From NCBI GenBank assembly GCA_963818965.1, contig CAWFUG010000009.1, positions 64,001 to 128,000 of the forward strand: DNA of 64,000 nucleotides, written 5' to 3'. Positions 48,425-57,326 of the stretch are shown in pieces (position 1 is the first letter of the stretch; every line of letters begins with the position of its first letter). The notes below the pieces were generated by a model that saw only the letters and a program-made list of their open reading frames with translations, made no database searches and was not told the DNA's origin. The DNA is from an uncultured Verrucomicrobiae bacterium (GTDB lineage: Bacteria; Chlamydiota; Chlamydiia; Chlamydiales; Rhabdochlamydiaceae). A program made the position numbers and the translations under genes.

Positions 48425-49539
48425 GCCGATTCTCCTGTTTGTTTCTCATTTCAGTGATTGTCTTGTTTGCGCTCGGGCTCGTCATGATTTTCAATACGAG
48501 TTCGGCGGAGGTTCTCGATCGCTTTCTCGATAAGAGCACCCATCACGCTCTGATCAAGCAGATGCTCTACTCTCTTGTAGGGGGAGTGGGGGCGATCGGA
48601 ATCTGGTTCATCGGGTATCAAAACCTCCTGAAGCTCAGCGGTCCCTTGCTCGTTTTAGGCACCCTTTTACTCATCTCAGTATTCGTTCCTGGAATCGGTC
48701 AGCAGATCAATGGGGCACATCGCTGGATCAGTCTCTTCGGCAATTCCTTACAGCCCTCAGAATTCGTGAAATTTCTCGTGCCGCTCTATTACATCCACTG
48801 CGTGACGTGCGTGCAAGGTCCTCTACCTCTAAAGTCTTTACTCAAGCTTTTAGGGAAACTCACTATCCCGCTGGGATTAATCCTCATCGAGCCCGATAAT
48901 GGGACTGTCTTTATCGTATTGATGACGATGCTCATGCTGTTCATTTTGACGCGAATGAGAATTCTCTATTGGGCGGTTCCTCTCTTTGTCCTTTGCTTAG
49001 GCGGAGGGATCGTCTCTCTGCGCATGCCGCATGTCTCTGATCGGATCCATATCTATTTGCATCCAGAGTCTGATTTAAAGGGAAAAGGACATCAACCTTA
49101 TCAGGCTAAAATTGCGACAGGTTCAGGCGGTTTATTTGGAAAAGGGTTAGGGGAGAGTTTGCAGAAGCTCGAATACCTGCCCGAGGCGCGCAGTGATTAC
49201 ATCGCCGCTATCTTTGCAGAGGAATGCGGCTTTGTAGGGATGTGCGGTTTGATCTGTCTTTACCTGTTGATCGCCTATGCGGGATTTTCGATTGCGCAGC
49301 GCGCTTCTTCTGTTGAGGGATTTTATACCGCAGCTACGGTGACTTTTTTGATCTGTTTTCAGGCATTTTTAAATCTCGGCGTCGTCTCTGGCTTATTGCC
49401 GAGTAAGGGGACGAATCTCCCTTTTTTCAGCCAAGGGGGATCTTCGTTACTCGCTAACCTCTTAGCCTGTGCTCTGATTCTCAATATTGCAAAACCTTCA
49501 TACGCACTGAAAGTTCAAGGGAAAACTTATGGAGATTAA
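48421..49539 (+). CDS. ftsW: SEDS peptidoglycan polymerase
   Basis: NGAHRWI, LQPSEFVK, YLPEARSDYI and LPFFSQGGSS motifs, in dcw context. Confidence 0.92.
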   Translation: MSRFSCLFLISVIVLFALGLVMIFNTSSAEVLDRFLDKSTHHALIKQMLYSLVGGVGAIGIWFIGYQNLLKLSGPLLVLGTLLLISVFVPGIGQQINGAHRWISLFGNSLQPSEFVKFLVPLYYIHCVTCVQGPLPLKSLLKLLGKLTIPLGLILIEPDNGTVFIVLMTMLMLFILTRMRILYWAVPLFVLCLGGGIVSLRMPHVSDRIHIYLHPESDLKGKGHQPYQAKIATGSGGLFGKGLGESLQKLEYLPEARSDYIAAIFAEECGFVGMCGLICLYLLIAYAGFSIAQRASSVEGFYTAATVTFLICFQAFLNLGVVSGLLPSKGTNLPFFSQGGSSLLANLLACALILNIAKPSYALKVQGKTYGD

Positions 49540-51991
49540 AATTCTTTTTGCCGCAGGAGGGACAGGAGGTCATCTCTTTCCCGCACAAGCGCTCGCTCAA
49601 CAGTTAGAAGAGGCGGGACTTCACGTTTTTTTTGCTGGGGTCGGACTAGATAAGACGGAGTATTTCAATCGCTTGCAGTTCTCTTACCAGGCAGTAGAGG
49701 GAGGAACACCGGCGCGTGGGAGTTTTTGGAAGAGGCTCTCTGGGATCGCTCAGTTGGTAAGAGGGGTCAGGCGGAGTCTAAAAATCCTCTCCAAAGAGCG
49801 GCCCAAACTCGTGATCGGCTTTGGGAGTTTTCACGCCTTCCCTGTCTTATGCGCCGCATTTTTCAAACGGGTCCCTATCGTCTTATTCGAATCGAATGCC
49901 GTCCCTGGCAAGGTCGTGCGCCTCTTTTCTCGATTTGCAAAAGTGACAGCTCTCTATTTTCCCGAAGCAAAGCGCTTTCTTGGAAGCAAGACCATCTCCA
50001 CGCAGATCCCCTCTACAAAGGTCTATTCTCAATTAGCAGCAGAAGCAGCGCGCCAAAAACTGGGATTACACCCTGATCCCTTTACGTTGCTCGTCTTCGG
50101 CGGCTCCCAAGGGGCTAAAGCGCTCAATGACCTGATCCTCTCCCTTTTGCCACAACTGAAACAAAAGGGATTAGAACTTCAGCTGATCCACTTTACGGGC
50201 AATGAAGAGAGGGCAGAGGAGATCCGGCTCCTGTGCCAAACTTTAGGCATTCCGGCCTATGTGAAAAAATTCGAAACGCATATGGACGTCGCCTGGAGCG
50301 CTGCAGATCTCGTCCTTTGTCGTTCAGGTGCTGCAACCCTATCAGAGATGATTCACTACGCGGTTCCGGGAATCCTCATTCCTTATCCTTACGCTGCCGA
50401 TCGACACCAGACAAAAAATGCGGAGGTCATCGCTAACCTAGTGGGTGGAGCGAAAATCGTAGAGGAGGGGACTGCGTTTACAGAGCGCGTTTTAGAAAAG
50501 ATCGAGCCGCTAGTGGCTCTCGCGTCTCTCGAGCGCAAACAGATGCAAAGAGCCCTACAGATTTATCCACTTAAAGAGAAAAGAGAAAGCCTTGCCTCTC
50601 TTGTGCTTAAATCCCTGGATCTCACTCCGCCAACGCACCTCTCTGTACCAGAGACCTATCACTTCATCGGCATTGGGGGAATCGGAATGAGCGCCCTCGC
50701 ACAGATCCTCTTGCAAAAAGGGGAACCAGTCAGCGGAACAGATCTCAATCCTTCTCCCTTGACAGAAGTGCTCAAAGCACAAGGTGCCTTGGTAGCATCG
50801 ACCCACGCTAAAGAGCACGTCCCGAGAAGAGGCTCTATCATCTACAGCACAGATATCAAGGAAGGCAACCCCGAGATCGAACAAGCAAAAGTTTACGATC
50901 TAAAAATACTCCACCGCTCAGAGCTCCTTCGAGAGCTCATGCGCGCTTATCGGCCCCTGTTGGTTTCAGGGACGCATGGGAAGACGACCACCTCTGCCCT
51001 CTTGAGTCATCTGCTCGTTGTAACGGGCAGGGAGCCTAGTTTTGCCGTCGGAGGGATCGTCAAGAGCTTGAAGAGTAACGGGGGGTATGGCAAGGGAGAT
51101 TATTTCGTCGCAGAGGCGGATGAGAGCGACGGATCTTTTCTCAACTACTCTCCCTTTGGCGCCATCGTGACCAATTGCGACGGTGATCACCTCGATCACT
51201 GGAAAACAGAGGAAGCCTTGCACCAAGGCTTTGCTCAATTCGCTCAAAAGGTCCACTCTTCAGAGCACCTCTTTTGGTGTGGCGATGACCCTGCTTTATG
51301 CGCGTTGGGGCTCAAAGGCACAGCTTATGGGTGGGGAGAAAATAACGGATTACGCATCCTCTCCGCGCGCCAGGAAGGATGGAAAAATCTCTTTTCTGTA
51401 TCGTTCGAAGGTAAATCCTATGAATCGATCGAACTTCCCCTCATCGGTGCCCACAATGTCCTCAACGGAGCCGCTGTCTTTGGGATGGGGCTACGCCTCG
51501 GGTTGTCAGAAGACTTAATCCGTGAAGCCTTCCTCACATTTCAAGGAATTGCGCGTCGGGCGGAGTACAAGGGAAATGTGGGGACTGTCCCCATCTTCGA
51601 CGATTACGCGCATCATCCTACAGAAATTGAGACGACATTAAACGGCTTGAAGCGGGCAATCGATAACCAGCGGCTCGTCGTCGTCTTTCAACCCCATCGC
51701 TACACACGCACGCGCGACTGCTTTGAAGCGTTCGGCCCAGCCTTGCAAGGAGCAGATCTCTTAGTATTAACCGATATCTACGCAGCACGCGAAGCCCCCA
51801 TCGAAAACATCACCATCGAAACGCTCATTCAAAAGATCCAAGAGCAAACGGGTAAACAGGTCCACTACGCCCCGCGCTCTTTTTTAAGTCGCTTTGTCAG
51901 CGGAAAATTGACCCCAGAAGATGTCGTCGTCACTCTCGGGGCCGGAGACATCACAAAATTGGGCAGTGAGCTGCAAAATGAAGAGATCTAA
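49529..51991 (+). CDS. murG-murC: MurG-MurC fusion protein
   Basis: N-half has AGGTGGHLFP, FGGSQGA and CRSGA (MurG). C-half has FIGIGGIGMS, GTHGKTTT, EADESD, DDYAHHP and FQPHRY (MurC). Single 820-aa ORF. Confidence 0.9.
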   Translation: MEIKILFAAGGTGGHLFPAQALAQQLEEAGLHVFFAGVGLDKTEYFNRLQFSYQAVEGGTPARGSFWKRLSGIAQLVRGVRRSLKILSKERPKLVIGFGSFHAFPVLCAAFFKRVPIVLFESNAVPGKVVRLFSRFAKVTALYFPEAKRFLGSKTISTQIPSTKVYSQLAAEAARQKLGLHPDPFTLLVFGGSQGAKALNDLILSLLPQLKQKGLELQLIHFTGNEERAEEIRLLCQTLGIPAYVKKFETHMDVAWSAADLVLCRSGAATLSEMIHYAVPGILIPYPYAADRHQTKNAEVIANLVGGAKIVEEGTAFTERVLEKIEPLVALASLERKQMQRALQIYPLKEKRESLASLVLKSLDLTPPTHLSVPETYHFIGIGGIGMSALAQILLQKGEPVSGTDLNPSPLTEVLKAQGALVASTHAKEHVPRRGSIIYSTDIKEGNPEIEQAKVYDLKILHRSELLRELMRAYRPLLVSGTHGKTTTSALLSHLLVVTGREPSFAVGGIVKSLKSNGGYGKGDYFVAEADESDGSFLNYSPFGAIVTNCDGDHLDHWKTEEALHQGFAQFAQKVHSSEHLFWCGDDPALCALGLKGTAYGWGENNGLRILSARQEGWKNLFSVSFEGKSYESIELPLIGAHNVLNGAAVFGMGLRLGLSEDLIREAFLTFQGIARRAEYKGNVGTVPIFDDYAHHPTEIETTLNGLKRAIDNQRLVVVFQPHRYTRTRDCFEAFGPALQGADLLVLTDIYAAREAPIENITIETLIQKIQEQTGKQVHYAPRSFLSRFVSGKLTPEDVVVTLGAGDITKLGSELQNEEI

Positions 51992-52883
51992 ATCCCCCCT
52001 ATTGCCCCTGTGGCAATCCCTTGCGTGGATCATCGCCTCGATCTTCTTCGTGACAGGGCCGAGTTATTTAGGATTCAAATGGACCCTTGAAAAGAGAAGA
52101 GAGGCCTTGCGCAACCCTCAATTTGCGATCCGCTGGATCATCCAAACAGGTCCCCAGAGACAGGCCTTAACGACAGAGTGCCTCGCAGAAATCCTCCAGC
52201 TCTCAGCAGACCATCCTGAAAGCTCGAAAAACTTCGATCTCAAACGCGCAGAGCAGCGCTTAGAAACCTGCCCTCTCATCGCCTCCTCTCAATGCAAAGT
52301 CGTCGCACCCGATGCGGTTTTCGTCGACTACACCGTGCGCCAACCGATCGCCTTCTTAGAGGATTTTGAAAATGTCGCCATCGATAAGGAGGGGTATCCC
52401 TTTCCCTTTGCCCCATTTTTTTCTCCCAAAAATCTCCCCTCGCTCTACTTGGGAGTCCACGATGCAGCGGTTGAAGGAGAGCGCCCCCAAGTACAGTGGA
52501 ATACCCCCCTCTTTGGGAAATCGTTCGCCCTAGGCGATGCCCTTCTCAAGATCGTCACCGCACCAGAATATAGGGACCAATTCCACGTCCGCCGCATCGA
52601 TGTCTCGAATGCCTTTGCAGAGAGCTATGGGACGCGCGCCATCGTGCTTCTCACCGAGGATTTTCTCATCCAAGGGCAAACTCACTACATTTTACCGCGG
52701 ATTTTGCGTTTGAGCACCAAGAACTACGCCCAAGAGCTCGCCAACTACCTACAATTGCGCACAGAGTGGCTCGAACGGGAGCGCCAGAGCCTTCCCCGTT
52801 CTTCATTAGAGAAGGGAGAGATCACTCTCAAAGAAAAAATCATCGACCTGCGCATCGAGCAGCTCGCCTTCGTCGAAGGATGA
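51978..52883 (+). CDS. FtsQ-like POTRA domain membrane protein
   Basis: N-terminal TM segment, a POTRA-like AEQRLETCPLI...VDYTVRQPIA stretch, terminal IDLR, and dcw position. Confidence 0.65.
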   Translation: MKRSKSPLLPLWQSLAWIIASIFFVTGPSYLGFKWTLEKRREALRNPQFAIRWIIQTGPQRQALTTECLAEILQLSADHPESSKNFDLKRAEQRLETCPLIASSQCKVVAPDAVFVDYTVRQPIAFLEDFENVAIDKEGYPFPFAPFFSPKNLPSLYLGVHDAAVEGERPQVQWNTPLFGKSFALGDALLKIVTAPEYRDQFHVRRIDVSNAFAESYGTRAIVLLTEDFLIQGQTHYILPRILRLSTKNYAQELANYLQLRTEWLERERQSLPRSSLEKGEITLKEKIIDLRIEQLAFVEG

Positions 52884-53049
52884 GAGGCTAGCTCATTGGA
52901 AGGGTCATCTCATTGCGATACTTTTTGGGTCGCCCAACTGATATTTGTAATGCTGTCCCGTAACGAGATCTTGTAAGGTCGTATCCGTTATTGAACCGCA
53001 CGCTGAACGTAGGTAGTGAATGCAGATATCATCTCCGTAAACTTGCCAT

Positions 53050-53162
53050 TGCAATTTCACCACAGAGATGGAAAACCACAGAGAGGAAATTCATATTAAA
53101 AAATTTCCTCTCTGTGGTTTTCCATCTCTGTGGTGAAATTCAGCTATTTATGCAACAACGCC
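53050..53162. repeat. Family E repeat, copy E5 (most complete)
   Basis: Perfect 39-bp inverted repeat at 53053-53091/53102-53140. Confidence 0.92.
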
Positions 53163-53171
53163 TGTTGCTAG

Positions 53172-56100
53172 TCAAAAGAGGGCGATTTCTAAATTCACCT
53201 TTGGGTAATCTTTATTCTCAACTTTATCTGATTTTATATGAAAAGAGCGCTCTTCAGCCAATTTTTCATTGGTGCCTTTCATTCTGAGGGATAAAGTGGG
53301 ATTTCCGTATCTAATTTCCTGGAATTGTTTTACGAAATTCGGGCTTTCCTTTTTTAATTCAAAACAACTTAGGTCAATAGAGATGTTACAATTTTTTAGG
53401 TGTCGAGATCCGAGAAGGAGCGTCTCTAAGAGCCTGATTGAAGGGAGGTATTCGTAGTAAGAAAGATTTAAAGTTTTTAACTGATCCATTTCAGAGATCG
53501 TGCTTATCAATTCACCCATACAATCGCACTTCAGTAGCCGGATGCTAAGTTCTGTACACTGTCTCAGGCGAGGAAAACGGATCTTTGTAGGATGCATCTC
53601 TACAGGAGCTTCTAGAAGATTCTGTGAAAAATGGCGCCTTGGAGGTTGTTGCGGAGTACTGCGCTTTAATTCTAGCGTGACGCCTGTAGGGGGTAATCGA
53701 TCGAAAAATTCATAGGGGGTGGTTCTCTCAATGTGAGTCATGTCAGTAAGTATGCAGATTTTAGATAGCGTTGGGGGGATCTTCAAGGAGCGTACCGCCT
53801 CCCAGCTTTCCATGTCTTTTAGAGCAATCAGTAAATGCTGCAATTCTGGGAGCTCAGATAAAGCAAAAGTCTCAAGAGGAGGAGCCTTTCCTGAGATGTA
53901 GAGAGAAAGAAAGTGAAGGCGTGGACAGGCTTGGACTATTTTTGACCAGGCTCCCTCTGCAACGTGGGGATCTGTCTGAGTGAAGAGAGTGAGGTAACGA
54001 ATATTTTGTCCGATTGCTTTCAGAAACTCTAGGGGTTTTGATTGTATAGAAAAGAGCTCGATTTCATTGAATCCTTTGAATTTTTTCAGTTTGCCTTCTT
54101 TACAGTAGACAGAAGAGCATTCATTCAGGAGAGGATGACAATTGATGGAGGCTGCCCATCGGGCAGCGGCGAGAAGGGTATCTTCCTGTAATAGCGACAT
54201 TAGAAAAGCGATTCTTGCAGCCTGGGTTCTAAGGGGGGTTAAGTCAGAGCCAAATACTCCTTTTTGAATTTCTTCCAGTGCCAGAAAGAAAGAGGGGGAC
54301 AGCCTTCCCGCCTCTTGAAGCCGAATCAAAGGGACCTCGTTCTCACGGATGACATTTTCTAGGAACTCGACAGCTCTTTTAGCACTTCTAAAGGGAATCC
54401 CTTCAAAGGCTCTTCCCATTTTGCCCTCTTTGAAGATTTGAGGAGAGATTTCCATCCGTAGGAGCAATTGTAGAGATAGGGGTATAGATTGCGCCTGAGG
54501 GTACTCAATTCCGATTTCCAGAGTGTTTACGAAATCTGCATGTTCAGGATAGAACGTTTGGCAATCTTGCAGTGCTTTTTTAAGGACTTCAAAATCCAGG
54601 CTCCCTTCTTTGATCTGTCTGCCGATTGTCAGAGCGAGGTTGCTTAGAAAAAGCGTTGGTTCTTCTAAGGGCGTTTCGTTTTCTCTTTGCACAAGAAAGT
54701 AAAGAAACCGGGGGAGTTGTGCTGCGGATAACGCATGAGTCAGGGTACCACTTTTATCGGATGCGATCTTTTCAAAATATGCAGTTTCTCCTTTTAACGG
54801 CGCAGCACCTTGAGAGAGCACTGAGGCTTGAACGGATTTCCAGAAGCTCTCACATACCTCCTCTTTTCTAAGCGTGTTAAGGAAATGAGAGGCAGCTTCT
54901 TCTTTTACAGTTCCAAGGATAAAAAAAACATCAGAAGGACTCCAGGAATTAAGCGATTCTTTATTAACGGAATACGCTATGAAGTAGAGGTCCTCTATCT
55001 TTTTTTCTAGGAGCTTTTTTTCTGCTATGAGTCCTAATTCATGGCAACAATAGACATCGCAAAGAAGAAGGAGTGTTTTCTGCTGCGGCCTTGAGTAGTT
55101 GATTTGTTTCCAGTGAATCGTCGATAAAGATCGGTTGTTTTGCAAGCTTTTCAACACTCGAGTGGCGTATTTCAAAGTGGCAAATGAGGGAAGAGTGGTG
55201 ATTGCAATCGTAACTGCGTATTTATTTCCTTTTTTTTGAATTAAAAAAAGGGAGCTTTTTTCTAACCAGAGCAGCACATATTCTTGTAATTCGGGACAGG
55301 GGATTGCTCCTAGGTTATCCGCAAGTGCAGCTATGTTTTCCATGGAATCGCCGCTTTTTCTAATGATCTCTTGTGCGATTAGGCTTCTTTCTGTCTCGAA
55401 GTCACTGAGGGCAAAGAACTGGATTCCCTCTAAAATTGCCCACAATTGCTCGAGAGTTTGGGCGTTGATCTTCTGTTCTCTAAACAGGTTATGGAAAAAG
55501 CCTTTCCTCTTCGCCTTGAGCAGGTCATAGAGAAAATAGAAACTTTTTGCCACATCGCCGGTTAAAACGATTTGGCTCAGTGGCTTCATGCCAGGTTTCA
55601 AGAGAGTTTGAAAATACTCGCTCTGAGAGAACATATTCCACGGGCAGATCGATAACGTTCCGATCTCTTCTAGAACGACGATCAAATGATCTTCTTTTAA
55701 GCGTTTCTGCAAATCGAAGGAATTTTCTGCGGCTTTTATAAGCTCGTTGCAATATTTGGGGTCGAGTTTCCCAATTTTAAGAAGGGTGAGTAGGTGATCG
55801 AAGAGCTCATTGCGCAGGCGAGAACTTTTCGCATCGCCATGGACAAAATGAAAGAGGCGGTACAAAGCTTCGGGAGAAAGTGCTTGCCATTCTTCGTCTA
55901 TACCCTTTGCAGCAATTTTGCTGAAAAGAGCGCACTCAGCAGCGACCGTTTCAAGTGTTACTAGGTGTGGCGAGGATTCCTGTAAAGTGGGGGGCAGTGT
56001 CGCAAATAGCTGTAAAAAATCTTTTTCCTCTGAGGATGGCCAAACGGAAGCCAGGCAATAAATTGTCCTCATGCTCAATTTAGGTGACCTTCGATTTATT

Positions 56101-56630
56101 CTGGGAAGTTGATATTCGAGAGACTGGGTGTAGAATTCTTCCAGATCGGGAATTTCAACAAGGGAGGTGAAGCATTTGAGTTCCACGAGCGTTTCGAGAG
56201 AGGCAGAGTTTATGATTTTTGGGTCGATCAAAAGCGCAAAGGCTTCGTTGCTCAGCGATTCTATGAGATGAGATTCATAAGGGTGGGACTCTGGATGAAA
56301 GAGGAATTGCCAAAGTTTTGGTGAGATGAACAGAATCGATGTAGGTTTGATTCGCAAAGAGCGGAATCGTGGATCTTTCAAGATTGTTCGGAAGTTGTTT
56401 TTAGATAAAACTTCTAAAATCCGCATTCGAAATTCCAGAGGAATTTCCCCTTTCTTGGCGTAATCTTTCAAAACCTTTTTGCTCTCTTTGTAGGCCAGGG
56501 CGCCTTCAAGGTTTGTGCGGTATGTTGAATAATACGCATCTTGATTTGAAGTGAGAATTGCCAACTTATCTTCCAAAATCTGAAAAAAAGAAGGGGCGGA
56601 TATGCTTGTTGTGGTTGTGGCTGAGCTCAT
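53172..56630 (-). CDS. Large hypothetical protein with BTB/BACK-like and LRR-like regions (candidate effector)
   Basis: SQSEYFQTLL...GMK, LEGIQFF and ENIAAL...CPELQEYV resemble BTB-BACK. C-terminal LxxLxL repeats. Start taken at MSSATTTT. Confidence 0.6.
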   Translation of the reverse strand: MSSATTTTSISAPSFFQILEDKLAILTSNQDAYYSTYRTNLEGALAYKESKKVLKDYAKKGEIPLEFRMRILEVLSKNNFRTILKDPRFRSLRIKPTSILFISPKLWQFLFHPESHPYESHLIESLSNEAFALLIDPKIINSASLETLVELKCFTSLVEIPDLEEFYTQSLEYQLPRINRRSPKLSMRTIYCLASVWPSSEEKDFLQLFATLPPTLQESSPHLVTLETVAAECALFSKIAAKGIDEEWQALSPEALYRLFHFVHGDAKSSRLRNELFDHLLTLLKIGKLDPKYCNELIKAAENSFDLQKRLKEDHLIVVLEEIGTLSICPWNMFSQSEYFQTLLKPGMKPLSQIVLTGDVAKSFYFLYDLLKAKRKGFFHNLFREQKINAQTLEQLWAILEGIQFFALSDFETERSLIAQEIIRKSGDSMENIAALADNLGAIPCPELQEYVLLWLEKSSLFLIQKKGNKYAVTIAITTLPSFATLKYATRVLKSLQNNRSLSTIHWKQINYSRPQQKTLLLLCDVYCCHELGLIAEKKLLEKKIEDLYFIAYSVNKESLNSWSPSDVFFILGTVKEEAASHFLNTLRKEEVCESFWKSVQASVLSQGAAPLKGETAYFEKIASDKSGTLTHALSAAQLPRFLYFLVQRENETPLEEPTLFLSNLALTIGRQIKEGSLDFEVLKKALQDCQTFYPEHADFVNTLEIGIEYPQAQSIPLSLQLLLRMEISPQIFKEGKMGRAFEGIPFRSAKRAVEFLENVIRENEVPLIRLQEAGRLSPSFFLALEEIQKGVFGSDLTPLRTQAARIAFLMSLLQEDTLLAAARWAASINCHPLLNECSSVYCKEGKLKKFKGFNEIELFSIQSKPLEFLKAIGQNIRYLTLFTQTDPHVAEGAWSKIVQACPRLHFLSLYISGKAPPLETFALSELPELQHLLIALKDMESWEAVRSLKIPPTLSKICILTDMTHIERTTPYEFFDRLPPTGVTLELKRSTPQQPPRRHFSQNLLEAPVEMHPTKIRFPRLRQCTELSIRLLKCDCMGELISTISEMDQLKTLNLSYYEYLPSIRLLETLLLGSRHLKNCNISIDLSCFELKKESPNFVKQFQEIRYGNPTLSLRMKGTNEKLAEERSFHIKSDKVENKDYPKVNLEIALF

Positions 56631-56664
56631 GAGAAAATCCTTAAAAGATAAAATACGGTGGGTA

Positions 56665-56834
56665 TATAGCCCTTCCACCTCAATCGTAACCACAAGCAAA
56701 CCGATTAAAAGCCTCAAAATTCGAATCAAAGGTCGGGGTCAATATTGAATTTAATATTGACCCCGACCTTTGATTCGAATTTTGAGAACTTTTCATTCGG
56801 TTTTCTTGGGTACGATTGAGGTGGAAGGGGTATA
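56665..56834. mobile_element. Family A palindromic element, copy A3
   Basis: Same arms as A2, with a perfect 34-bp central stem carrying compensatory changes. Confidence 0.9.
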
Positions 56835-56892
56835 TGCCCAAGTGGACTCAAAAGTTGGCCCTACGGCCCACTTTTGAGTCCACTTGAGTATA
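56833..56892. mobile_element. Family C palindromic element abutting A3
   Basis: tatgcccaagtggactcaaaag...cttttgagtccacttgagtata. Confidence 0.85.
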
Positions 56893-56981
56893 GACTCAAA
56901 TTCTCGGTAGATGCTATACCAGAGTCGTTTTTGACATTTAGGAATTGTCCCAGGATCAACTCTAAACTTAAATTTTGAACT

Positions 56982-57212
56982 ATGAAAGACTTTATCGCTT
57001 ATCTGATTAAAAATCTCGTGGATCAGCCTGACTCTGTCGATGTACAGATCATCGATGGGAACCAAGGGACTATTGTGGAAGTGCGCGTCTCTGCAGAGGA
57101 CGTCGCCAAGGTCGTGGGAAAACAGGGAAGAACCATCAAGTCGTTGCGCACGATTGCAATGACAGTCGGCGCTAGGTTTGGTCGGCGCGTCCGCTTAGAG
57201 CTCGTCCATTAA
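56982..57212 (+). CDS. khpA: KH domain RNA-binding protein
   Basis: LVDQPDSV...DVAKVVGKQGRTIKSLR, 76 aa. Confidence 0.9.
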   Translation: MKDFIAYLIKNLVDQPDSVDVQIIDGNQGTIVEVRVSAEDVAKVVGKQGRTIKSLRTIAMTVGARFGRRVRLELVH

Positions 57213-57228
57213 CAACCCTCTTCTTTTT

Positions 57229-57307
57229 CCTTCCCCTCTGTGGTTTCCCATCTCTGTGGTAAACACATTATCACCACAGAGGTGGGAAACCACAGAGGGG
57301 AGGGAAG
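57229..57307. repeat. Family E repeat, copy E6 (arms in swapped order)
   Basis: cccctctgtggtttccca...tgggaaaccacagagggg, between khpA and miaA. Confidence 0.85.
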
Positions 57308-57326
57308 CTCAGGTTAAGGAGTACGC

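Noticed and set aside
56631..56729. Signal-peptide-like N-terminus MIRILRLLIGLLVV on the BTB-like gene
   Set aside because: It lies within element A3. MSSATTTT at 56630 is a more plausible start.
3094..57307. CRISPR array built from the ACCACAGAG repeats
   Set aside because: Copies are dispersed inverted doublets, with no repeat-spacer periodicity and no cas genes.
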